A DNA stretch of 64,000 nt, taken from contig JALDZS010000061.1 in assembly GCA_022813965.1 (NCBI GenBank), forward strand, positions 1 through 64,000, read 5' to 3'. Under the pieces are notes generated by a model. That model saw only the letters and a program-made list of their open reading frames with translations, did no database searches and was not told where the DNA came from. Origin of the DNA: Toensbergia leucococca. Its lineage: Eukaryota. Numbering within the stretch: position 1 is the stretch's first letter; each line of letters begins with the position of its first letter. Of the stretch, positions 24,490 through 35,800 are shown in pieces. A program made the translations under genes and the position numbers.

Positions 24490-25117
24490 GACTGCAATGC
24501 GACGCGACCACGTCGTACGCCCAAACGTCTGTGGTCTAACTCCGACGAGGAGAAAGTCTGGACGGGTTTCGAAAGAGGTAATTGACTAAAGCTGGACCGT
24601 GGCTCACTTCGTTGTCTCCATTCAATGTAGCAAGGTGACTGGGTCTGTTGTGCCATCACAGCCATGGGAATCACGGCAAAATATTCATTTCTGCAATCCG
24701 GTCGGTCCCAAAGAGGCATCGTGGCCATCGGCATGTCGGTCGGCGTCATCATTGGTTGCTTTGGCGAATCCGGTGTATTCTGGGATGCCGAGGTTCAAGG
24801 AGTAAGGGCTGAGATAGAAAGTTGAGGAGGTTGGAGGTTTGAAAGTATCATATAACGAAGTCGTGAGAGTGAACGAAAACGGAATACGGAATACGGCAAT
24901 ATAATACCCATGTTCACTATTGTACCGTGGCTCAGTCTGAACCTGTGATTAGAGTCACGTGAAGGTAATCCACAAACCACAAATTACGAGTACCAGTGAT
25001 AGCACCGGAGATTTAGTCACGGTTCAATTGATTATTAGAATTACTACTCATGATATTCGGAACTCATACACTGTATCTATTCCAAAATACAACCCAAGAG
25101 AAACCCATTCTAATCCA

Positions 25118-27440
25118 TTAGCATATCCTGTGCTCCGGTGGTCGCCAAGGCACCCCAAGAATCTCGAAGATTTTCTTCTCACTCTTGCTCTCAACCAAAG
25201 AACCCTGAGTAACCTTCTCCCGATTCCTACCCCTCATGACATCTCGCCACAGCCCTCGTTGATTGAGCCGCATACCCTTCTTACTGGCCAGGAGTCTGAT
25301 GCTTCGGTTGAAGATGTCATTGCCTGTGAAATATATCAAGGCAGCACCCATTTCATCCGAAGGTACAAGGAGAAAGTCGACACGGCGCCATATCGAAGTC
25401 CCAGGGAGGCAGGCAGCCCCATGCCATTTCGATCCATCTTCTCTCGAGGTAGTAGCAAGGCCGACTTTGAGATAGCCACCAAAGAAGAGTCGGGGGATCG
25501 CTGAATCCAAGATGAGCGTCCGCAAAGAAGCCATAGAACAGTCTGGCTTCGTGACGATAAAGTCAATGTCACCACAGTCAGCAGCACCCCGTCGAAAGGA
25601 ACCGCCGACGGTGACTTCAATGCCTTCATCTAGTCTATGCATGGCTTCACGGACGAGCTTGACATGCCTTTCGACTTCTTTGCGAGGGATTCTTGTCTGG
25701 AAATCATCAAAATGCGAGATGCCAATTTTCTGATTCGTCGTCAGGCTCGCCTTTTCTGACAGATCTTCCAGAGTGCGATGGCCTTGGCTGATCCACTTTG
25801 TTGCCTGAGCGTAGCCCACTCCATAGATATTCAAGAACTTCTGCAGCACTTCGTCGTTTGGCTCAAGAGCCAAATTTTCTAGACGGCGAAGCCTGTTCGT
25901 CCAGACGATCTCTTCAATCTTATCTGCAAGCCGCTTTCCAATAAATGGGATCTGGATTGCCTCTTCCTTGGTGGTCACCTTGCGATTTTGCTTTCTCAGA
26001 GCAGCGATAGCCTTTCGGTAAGCAAGTGTACGCCATTGATCCCTTGTCCGGCCATAGTAGTCTGCCATCTTCTGGAGAACTTCAATAGTCCGGGCATTAG
26101 GATTCTCAAGCTTGTCCGGACCGTCGTGTTTGTGCATGCAGGTAAAGTTTGACTGCTGCCATGACTTCTCAAAAGTTCTCTTTGCCTTCTTTTTCTTGGG
26201 CTCTTCATCGCTATGACCATCCTCAGAATCGGCAGAGACATTGCTTTCCGTGAAATCTTCACTATTATCAGATTCCATTGGCTGTTTGCGAATCAGAGTC
26301 ACCCTTTCGTCATTCTTCGCACTTTTGACTTACCAAGCCTTCAACTGCTCTAGCTTCCTCAATGGCTTCGTCCAGAGCACTCCGAGGATAAGGCACGGTG
26401 GTCGCTACTCTTGCAGCATTGGCTTGAGCCCTCGAACGTTCCATAGAGAGAAGCTCTTGATTTAACACTGAGCTTCGATCACTCCCATCCGTGCGAGAAG
26501 GCGTCTGCTGTGACCGAACGAACTCTCCCTTGGCGGGTTTCAAAGGAAGAGATGTTTGCGAGGGAGTATCAATCGTAGATGGCTCTGCAGGATTTAATGC
26601 TTCCTGGAGACCCTTAACTCGGAAGTGCCACTGCTCCGGATTGAGCATAGATCGGTACCCTATACACTCAGCAGGGTAATTGTCGTTGACGAGGACCACA
26701 TCATCCTACTTATGATGAGCATTCAATTCCTGCTATATGGTGCTCTAGCACTCTTACTGGTACTGAAGTGATCTTGACATATTTGAGCAAGTCAGCATAG
26801 CATAAATGCCGTTCAAATATGACGTGAGTTATGCCAGCTCTCCACTCTTTGACCCATACAGCTCCACGTTCCAGAGCCTTCCGAATACGATCGCGCCTCG
26901 CAGGAGCAATATCGTCATCCGGGAAGAAATCTGTATTGTGTTAAGTCATTGTACTTTCGATACCAAGGTAGGACTCATACAAAATGCTAAACCTTTGAAG
27001 ATCTGCTGAGATTCTGGGAGAATCTCGAGAGGCTGGTCAGGCTTCCTCTTTTTGCTCAGTTTAGCTGAAGGTTTCGGAGCATTCCCGCCTCTGTGGTCAT
27101 TGCTCACCGGCAATCTTGGCGGAGCGATTCGCTGCTGCTTGGTCAATGATTCCGCCGATGTTGCGGATGGTAGTGGCGTGTCCTCGATGACCTCAACATC
27201 TTTCAAAGCCGGTGTTATCGCTTGAGGTATCGGAGCTGAAAGCGTACGTCCAATGAAGGGAGAGCTCTGAATTAGCTGCCTAGGAGTAGGCAGCAACGAG
27301 ACTCCAGCTGATGGCAGTGTTGGTTTGCTATTCCTCAAAAAAATGGCAGCATCATTCTTATCCTCAAAGTCACTATCTTCATCATCTAGAGCATAAAGCT
27401 CATCGAAGAAAGCTTTCTTTTCAATCGCCCTCTCCTCCAT
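25118..27440 (-). CDS. POL4: DNA polymerase lambda (family X) with N-terminal BRCT, multi-exon
   Basis: WRTLAYRKAIAAL (8-kDa lyase), HhH IYGVG, GGSFRRGAADCGDIDF, RRVDFL, ALIYFTGNDIFNRSIR, PPEHRIC. Confidence 0.93.
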
Positions 27441-27608
27441 AATTGAAGTTGAAAGTAAAAGTGAAAGCTAGCCATTCGAGGTGAAAGCAACAAAGATACT
27501 ATATATATAGTAGCGAATGCCTATAGCGTAGTATTAAAGAGTGAAGGAATTCAGAACCGTGAAGGGTTGAAGAGATGAAGAATTAAGAAATGAGTTACGT
27601 GTTGACCC

Positions 27609-27615
27609 CGCGTCA
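27609..27615 (-). promoter_or_regulatory. MCB-like element (TGACGCG) in the POL4/ATP10 divergent promoter
   Basis: CGCGTCA on the + strand, ~170 bp upstream of the POL4 ATG. Confidence 0.3.
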
Positions 27616-27742
27616 CAAAGAACGAAAGCATGTGACCCTCAGACCCTGAGCTAGCTCTATTTTATTCTAGTCTGTCCAATAGCATCAAACGCGGATCTTT
27701 CTCACAAACAAAAATCACAGCAGCCATCCAACCCAGCAAACA

Positions 27743-28804
27743 ATGCCCAAGCCAGCAACCCTACTCATCAGACTCCAATGGCACAACTATTTACTCCACG
27801 TCTATCCAATGAAACATCACACACAACGCTGTCCCTTTCCCCGGCACGCATCTACCTCCCCTCTCAAAACCCGCTCCCTCCCATACCAACCTAAAAATCC
27901 CCCTTCCACCACCCCCTCCCCCTCCTCTTCCCCCTCTCCTACCCCCTCAACCTCATCCTCCGCCCCGACCCCCCAACCCCTCCTCCACCCCCTCGGCCTC
28001 CCCCACCCTCCCGACCCAACCCAAAACACCGGCCTCGACCCCCGCACCCTCCGCCAACGCCGCGCCGACTTCCTAAACTACGACAAACACCTCCTCCGCC
28101 GCCGCGCCCTAACAACCACAATCGCCAAACCCTATTTCCGCGACTGGACCTCAATGCGGCACCACAAAGGCAAATCATTCCTCGCTCCCACGAAGCTGTT
28201 CCGGGCGGAGAAGAGTCTGTATTTTCCGAATCTGTGGGGGCGGGTTCTGGTCAGGGGGGCTGGGGAGAGGGATACGACGGGGGTGTTGGAGGGGAGGGTC
28301 AGTGTTGTGAGTTTGTTTTCGGGGACGTGGGCGGAGAGGCAGACGCTGAGCTTTGTGGGGGCGGAGCTGAATCCGGAATTGATGGATGCGGTTCGAGGTG
28401 CAGCTGGGGAAGGGGCTGCAGCGCAATTTGTGTTTGTGAATGTGGAGGAGAATGCATTAAAAGCGGGACTGATACGGTTGTTTATGCCGGGGCTGAGGAA
28501 GAAGATGCCGGATATGGGCCAACAGGGCAGGTATTTCCTTGTCAGGAGGGGCTTGACGGACGAGATTCGCGGGCACATAGGTATGGCGAATGGGAAAGTG
28601 GGGTATGTGTATTTGGTCGATCGGGAGTGCAAGGTGCGCTGGGCGGGGAGTGGGGTGGCGGAAGCGGGGGAGAAGCAGGGTTTGGTTAGGGGGGTGAGGA
28701 AATTGGTGGAGGAGTGGAGAGGAGAGAGGGCGAGGGGAAAGGTAAGAGATGAACGCGAGGATGTCGACGAGGGGGTGGGTGCTGTAGCTCAGGCTGCAGC
28801 ATGA
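27743..28804 (+). CDS. ATP10: Mitochondrial ATP synthase assembly factor
   Basis: [63 protein letters not shown]. Confidence 0.92.
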   Translation: MPKPATLLIRLQWHNYLLHVYPMKHHTQRCPFPRHASTSPLKTRSLPYQPKNPPSTTPSPSSSPSPTPSTSSSAPTPQPLLHPLGLPHPPDPTQNTGLDPRTLRQRRADFLNYDKHLLRRRALTTTIAKPYFRDWTSMRHHKGKSFLAPTKLFRAEKSLYFPNLWGRVLVRGAGERDTTGVLEGRVSVVSLFSGTWAERQTLSFVGAELNPELMDAVRGAAGEGAAAQFVFVNVEENALKAGLIRLFMPGLRKKMPDMGQQGRYFLVRRGLTDEIRGHIGMANGKVGYVYLVDRECKVRWAGSGVAEAGEKQGLVRGVRKLVEEWRGERARGKVRDEREDVDEGVGAVAQAAA

Positions 28805-29086
28805 AAGGCGAAGATGCACATCCCGAGTTGGCCCAATCCTCTCCCATGGTCACAGAGGCAAGATCTGGATCTCAATCTCAATCGACTCCTGTCCGAGAAA
28901 GACTTTTGTTAAAGCTGCAGCTAAAGTAGCCAACTTGTGTACCGAAATGTTCTGCTCTAAGTAGCCAACGAGTTACATGCGGCGCAAATGCATCAAATAG
29001 GTATCATAGAAGCAGAGAAGGGCCACCGAACGATGAAGCGAAAAAAGGTAGAAAAAAATCTAGGTCCTGACGAGCACCTCCATACC

Positions 29087-32000
29087 TCACTTGAGCAACT
29101 TCTCAATATCCCCCATTCTCGCCGTCTTCCCACCTGCCGTCCTCTTCCCGCCTTTTTCCTGGAAAGCAGTCATCATCAGCTTCCTCTTCTCCGCTTGAAT
29201 ATTCAACACACTCTCCTCAATACTCTCATCCATCACCAATCTGAACACTGTTGTCGGCTTCTTCTGCCCGAGACGATGCACACGATCAATGGCTTGGTCT
29301 TCAATCGCTGGAGCCCACCAGCTGTCCGCTAGAATTACCTGGTTCGCTGCAACAAGGTTCAAACCAACGGAGCAAACAGATAGACTTGCGAGCATGATGG
29401 TACATTCAGGATCGGATTCGAGTGCTGTCAGGGCGGCATCACGGAGAGAAACCTTCATGGATCCGTCAATGCGGGTGTACTTGTAATTGTGCTCGTCGAG
29501 TTGTTTCTGGATGATGTCCAGGAAGGAAGTCCACTGGCTGAATATGACGATTTTGTTGCCAGGCTTCTGGTGCGATGCTTTGAGAATACTGAGCAGAGCC
29601 TCGGTCTTGCTACTACTTGTATCGATATCAATGGCTGGTTCTTCTCGATCTTCTTCAATTTTTTGGACGAACGAGGCTCTCCTGGTCCTTGAGCTCTGCT
29701 CGACACATGGGGCATTTGTGCTGGGTATCGATAACACGCTCGATGCATTCAAAGCCAAAGACATGAGCGCAAGTGGTGATGACGGGATTGTGAAGATCTC
29801 CCAGGCAAACTGGGCAGTCCTCCCGAGAATCTATACTAAGCTGCAGCATCTCTTGAAGAGTCTGGCAGTTTTCTGGGGTGAGATCAAGTACTTTCTGTTC
29901 ATCCAACAATGAAAGCAGAGATGTCACGCGCTCTCCGCAAAGCTTCCAATGGTTACACACCTGTCTCAGTCGAAGGAGAATTTCTAGAAGGTGTCGATAA
30001 GTCTCTTGTGCTTTCCCGTTGCCCTGACGTGAGCGAGTTTGATATTTATGGAGGAGTCCTTTGGCTTCGGCTTGCAGGGCCTCGTATTCCTCTTTCTCAT
30101 GAGGTAGAAAACTAATCCGGTGGACATACTCTGATAATTCTGGCAGACGGAGATCGATAAAAGCCATTTCCTTTTTGCGTCGTAGACAGATAGTTCCCAT
30201 TAGTGCTTGCAAGAGGAGACTTGCATCCTCATATCCCGCCTTCAAAGGCCGGATGAGAACGCTATTGAAAACTTCCAAACGCTCAAGGCTTCCGGAAATT
30301 CGAAGGAATTTGACCAGCGAAAAGAGATCCTTGAGATTGTTGATTATTGGTGTTCCTGGCTAAAAGTCAGTATATCGGACCGACTTGACATAGAATATGC
30401 TGACCTGCCAGGACCCATCGAGATTGCGCCATCAGGCCAGAAGCTGCCAACGCGGACTTCGTGTTCGGATTCCGAATCATGTGGCCTTCATCCAAGATGA
30501 CCCGCCGCCAAGGCATCGAGAAAAGCCCTTGGCTTCGAGGTAGCGATGGAGGTGTTTTAGTACCACGAGGTAGATACTCGGTGGCCAGAGCTCCATACGT
30601 TGTAATCACAACATCATACTCGCCGAATTCTTTCGCATCCATCCGCTTTTTACCGCTCCCATGGTACGTCAAAACACGCAGAGGTTTGTCCGATCGTACA
30701 TGGTGAGCGATTTGGCCACTCCAATTACTCATCACGCCGAGAGGAGAAACAATTAGGGTCGTGCTTGATACAGAGTCAGAGGAACTCGCATGCTGACTCG
30801 CAGACGCCATATCTGTCACTATCAAAGCAATCATCTGCAAAGTCTTGCCCAGTCCCATGTCGTCTGCTAGGATGCCGCCGCTTGCCAACGTGGGATCATC
30901 TTGAGTTGAGAAATTCGTGGCTACGTTTGTGAATAATCTTCGACCTTGCCGTTTCCACATCTGGACAACATCTGTGGACCCAATAGGCGGGAGTTGAGGA
31001 CTCTCTTTTTCTAGCAGCCATGCAAGTCCCTAAATGTAATGAATCAGCAGTCTTGAACGTTGTTATGCAGAGCTGAACATTACTTGGCGTTGATAAGGAA
31101 GAAGCTGGGTTGCAAGCCGCTCCGGAGCGACAGCCATGGGCATTTTTGCCTGTCAAAGATGTCAATTAAAGTGGCATGGTGAATCCTTGCACCAACGGGG
31201 TGGATTACCAAGACATCTTCGCCAACGCCGAATTTCTCAACAATTTCACCCATCTCCCGTGGGTTAAAATGCTCGCTTCCTCTCATGATATCTTCGAGGC
31301 TCTGAGCCGGGGTTTGGTCACCTTGGATCTGGCTACTGACGTAGTCGGTTTGGCTACTTCCAGCCTCCCATTGCTGACCACCTCGACCCTTCGCAGATCC
31401 AAGTCCTTTTTGAGCAGCTTTGAGTTGCTTCAGCTCGGCAATTCTGCGTTTCTCCTGCTCTTTCTCTTTCTGCTTTCGCTCTTTCTCTCTCTGATGTAAT
31501 TTATCGACAGGCAACCTATCGGCTTTCAACTGATTCTTCAGGTTGACCTGCTCGACATAATCATTTGTACCATATAGGTGCAAATCGATGGGACAGTCAT
31601 ATTCTCCCTTTCTGCCAGTGAGGACGCCTTCTACAACAAGAGCGCCCGAGTCCTTTGTTCACGGGCAATTAGTATGTTGAGACTGAATAGTATGAGGATA
31701 TCGTACCATGTACTTGGCCAGCTTTTCTGCTTTTGCCCTAGGAATATGACCAATTTGATCTCCTAGTACATTTCCAATACGGATGGCGTTGCTATCGTAC
31801 TGATTGGTAGGCTCTCTCCTAACAACGACGACTTCTCCAATGGTAGCCTCGCCATTATAGTAACGGACTCCCACCACCTTGGTGTCAAGGGTGCCATAGA
31901 GTTCGTAAATCTCAAATGCTCTCGCGCCTGCACCATCTTGAGTCAGATTGATGATTTCGCCAGCGCCCTCTTCGTCATAGCGATCGGTCCAGGTGTCTCG

Positions 32001-32135
32001 CTGACTTTGGCTTATCCCGTCGGTATCGTTACGCGCTCTTGATAACTTATGCGCTTGTGATTGGGAGGCGACGTTATCGTCGCTGTCGCTATTGGTCAGA
32101 TCGGCAGTACTGATCTTGCGTTTGACATTAGCCAT
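29087..32135 (-). CDS. HLTF/SMARCA3 (Rad5-like) SNF2 ATPase with HIRAN and RING domains, multi-exon
   Basis: HIRAN (KVVGVRYYNG..RREPTNQYDSNAI..IGHIPR), GGILADDMGLGKT, ILDEGH, RING CPVC..CAHVFGFEC..CPMCR, helicase-C FSQWT..WWAPAIEDQAIDRVHRLGQ. Confidence 0.92.
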
Positions 32136-32211
32136 CTCTAGAGCTCAATGGGTTGGTCAATCAACGTGTGAGGAGACGCAAATGAGGATGAAAAAAGAAA
32201 ACATTTAGGGT

Positions 32212-32274
32212 TGACGCGCGATGATGATGGACTGCGGAATCCGTGGCGCTATTTAGAAGAGGCGAGAGACGCGA
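32212..32274 (+). promoter_or_regulatory. Two MCB-like ACGCG elements upstream of the HLTF-like gene
   Basis: TGACGCGCG at 32212-32220 and GACGCGA at 32268-32274. Confidence 0.35.
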
Positions 32275-32845
32275 TCTCACGTGGCTTAGCGTTTGTGGCT
32301 TGAACTCCTCTGTTCACCCCCCTTGGTTGGAGGTTGCTACTCGAGGGCTGATTATATCCACCCGGTTGTTTTCAAAAAGTCAATTTAAATTACTACCAAC
32401 AAGCAGACAAGAAACGCTACCTCCTTACTTTCCAAGCAATTCTTGTATTAAATCACTAGGATTTTGCAGAAACCGATTGCAACAGCGAAATGTTTTATCT
32501 CTAAATCCCCTCGTATCCGTGCCCACTCCTGTTGTAAAAGTATGACCAAACACTACTCCCTGTTATAGATACTCGTATATTCAAAGCATGACATTCGTCG
32601 TTTACTTTTTAAGAATATTAAAAACAAATTATAGAAACAACACTCGGGCATTCAGCCCTCAAAAACCCTCGCCTATCAAAGGGGTATATAACAATCTTGA
32701 AGCAGAAGTCGCCAAACCCCACGAGCTTGATCACGCGAATGAAAACAAAGAGAGTTAAGCCCCAAGGAAGAACCGGCCCATGCACTAGATCCAGCGTCCC
32801 AAAAATTCCCAAAAATTCCCAAAAATGTTCAGCAATCCTCGTCTT

Positions 32846-35800
32846 TTAGAAGTTGGCGATTTTCTTGAACCAACTTCCCCTTCGGCCCCCAGTAGCCCCT
32901 CCACTAGCCGTCTTCCCATCGAAAGTTCTTACACCCCCTCCATAATCGCTTCTCCTCCTTCCATACCTGTCTCCTTCGCTTCCTTCGCTGCTTTTCAATG
33001 CATCCCTATCCGCTCTTCTAGAATCCTTTCTTCTCCTTCTCTCCTCCGCCTCATCAGGTGTCATATCCATGTACTTTGAATGTCGTCGTGAGCGGCGCAT
33101 CGTTCGTCTGGGGTCTTCGTCGGCACCATTGTCCTCATAATTGCGCACCTCGCCGTTCATAGTTGGAGGAGGCTCGATGACTGTAGGCTCGAGGGGAGGC
33201 GGAGATGGGGGCTCGTGCATTTGAGATTCCACCCAGGAAGAAGTATGGTCCTTCCCACCATTACTCATATATGGATCCACAGGGGGCAGAGGCGCAGTAC
33301 TGTTGTATTGAGGATCGACAGCCTCGGCGGGTACATCACGAGATCCATTCCGGGGGTCAAAATAGTCATCCACTGGAGCAGTCGGCATACGGCGACTACT
33401 TTTTTCTCGAGGCGTACGTTGACCTCGACGTTCCTCACGGCGAGCGCGACGTTCGTCTGGAGTCTCAACCGGGGTTGGTTGATCTATATGAGAGCGACGA
33501 CGATCACTTTTGCGGGGCCTTGTCGTGGGTTCATCCACTACATTGCGCTCCTGTTCATCTCTTTCCCTCCGTTTGCTTCGTCGCTCTGTCAGCCTTGTCT
33601 CTGCCTCTCGTGCTTCCTGCTCTTCTCTTGCCAGCCTCTCTTCTCTAGCATTTCGTCTTGTCCGCCTTTCCTCTTGCCTCTTTGCCTCTTGTTCCTCTTC
33701 CTTTCGGGCCTTGCTTTCTCTTGCCTCCTGGACTTTCGCCTTTTGAGCAGCGATCTGTGCCTTTTCAGCTTCTCGACGCCGGGCTCTACGCTCTTCTACC
33801 TCACGAATCTCAGCCTCTTTCGCATCTTGAGCAGCCCGATCCTTCAATGCTCGCTTAGCCCTTCGCTCTTCTCTTCTAGCTTCCGCATCCTCTGCCTCCA
33901 TCGACACGTCGCCGTTGGGTACAGCATCGGTCGTAAAGCCTTCAGCATCATCTTCATACTGGTCGGCAGGTCGGATCGTTCGTTCATCGCGGCGAAGTCG
34001 TTTAGAGCCGTCACGGTCTGTGGCAACAGACCTCTTCCGGTATACATAGCCGTCATCGTCGCCACCAGAAATGCCTTTACTCTTTGGGCGCTCATAGACC
34101 TCTGATGCTCGATGACTTTTCCGTAGAGAACCGAAAAGCCCCATCAGCTTGTCAGGTTTCTTTGCACTTGTCATTGACCGCTGCAGCGGAGCAGGGCCTC
34201 GTGGTCTCTCAACGAATGCTAAATCACCGGGACCGTCTATAATTTCGGGGCTATCGTTCGAGGGGCCAGCTTCGACCATTACAATATCGTCCATTGGGAT
34301 AGAACGGGATTTCGTCTGATTGTGTTTTGCCTTGCCGTTAGCTTTGACTGCTTCAAATAGAGGATCCCAGTTTGCCTGAGGATTGTTTAACTCGCCAAGT
34401 TTTACTTGGCGTGATTGAGATGAGCTGGTGCCTACCTCTTTCTTGGATGTAAGTTTGGAAGCATTATTTCCCCTAACATTCCGATTTGGCAGTGGTTCGT
34501 TTATTATAGGATCATCCATGCCGTTGATCATCACCATGTCATCGCTGTCAATGGGGTATGGATCTGGTACAACTACATTAAGATGGTTAGTACTACTCGT
34601 ACGTTCATAATTTAGAGAACGAAGAGTCATACCTGGAGTTTTCTGCTTTCCACGAGTTGAGTCCTTTCTGCCTAGCTTCCCGGAGCCTACGCCCATGACT
34701 TTTGCTACTTTGGCAGTCATCTCTGGCGGACCATCAGGCGGAGGCGATAGAATACCATTTGAATTAGCGTTCATCGATTGTTGGCGAGAGGGAGCCTTCG
34801 GCGCTACGGTACTAGACTGACGAGTAGACTTGGCTCGTGTAGGAGGAGGGCCACCCATTAGAAGCTGGGAAAAACTCATGCCCCGTGATTTGGGAGGTCG
34901 AGAGACTGTTTTCTTGTCTTTGTCAGAATTAGATGATTTCGATGACAACTTTTCGGGTTCCTTGTCTTTCAGTACTTTATTCGTCTTAGATGCACTTGGA
35001 CTGGGGACGATGGTCTGCTCCTTAGAAGGAGAAGCAGCGTTGGCGTCGTCTTTGGGTTTCGTGGGCTTCTTCTTGGGAGCGGCCCCCCAGAATCCCCACG
35101 AAGAAGCACCGTCGTCTCTGACTACTCGCGCGCGTTCTTTCTTTGCGGGCTTAGCAGGCACGGGTTCAGGCGGCGGAGTGGGTGGTGCAGTCTGGACAGG
35201 TTCAGGCACATCAACGATGATGGAGTCCATAATGGGCTCTATAATGGGCTCTTTTTTAGCCTTCTTCTTATTTGCTTTCTTGTCCGTGGCGGGCTTGGCA
35301 ATCACGTCAATGATGTCGTCTTCCACGGCTTCTGCAGGAAAACTACCAGGAACCCAATCGTTAGGCTCTGTCTCGTCGGAAGTTGGAGGTGATAAGTCTT
35401 TCTTCTTTGATGCCGAGACAGTCTTAGCAGTAGAAGCAAATTTGGATTTGTTTACTGTAGTTGATTTCCCAACAGGCGAATCAAAAATTGGCTTCGGCTG
35501 TGGCTCAGGCTGTGGCGCAGGCGGTGGAGGAGTAAACAAATCTACCTTCTTTTCCTTTTCCTTTTCCTTTTCCTTCTCCTTCTCTTTCTCCTTCTCCAAA
35601 GCCTTGATTCTCGATGCTACAGCAGACTTGGATGTAGATTTGGCGGTTGACATGGCTGGTTTTGTAGGTATGGATTGCGGTGCTTCGTCAGCGACGGTGG
35701 TTTGTTCTGGCTCATTCGACTTCTTTTTAGCCGAGAGCTTCTGATTGGCGACATTTGATTTGGCAATCTCCTTCTTAGGCTCATCTGCTTTGTTGCCAGA

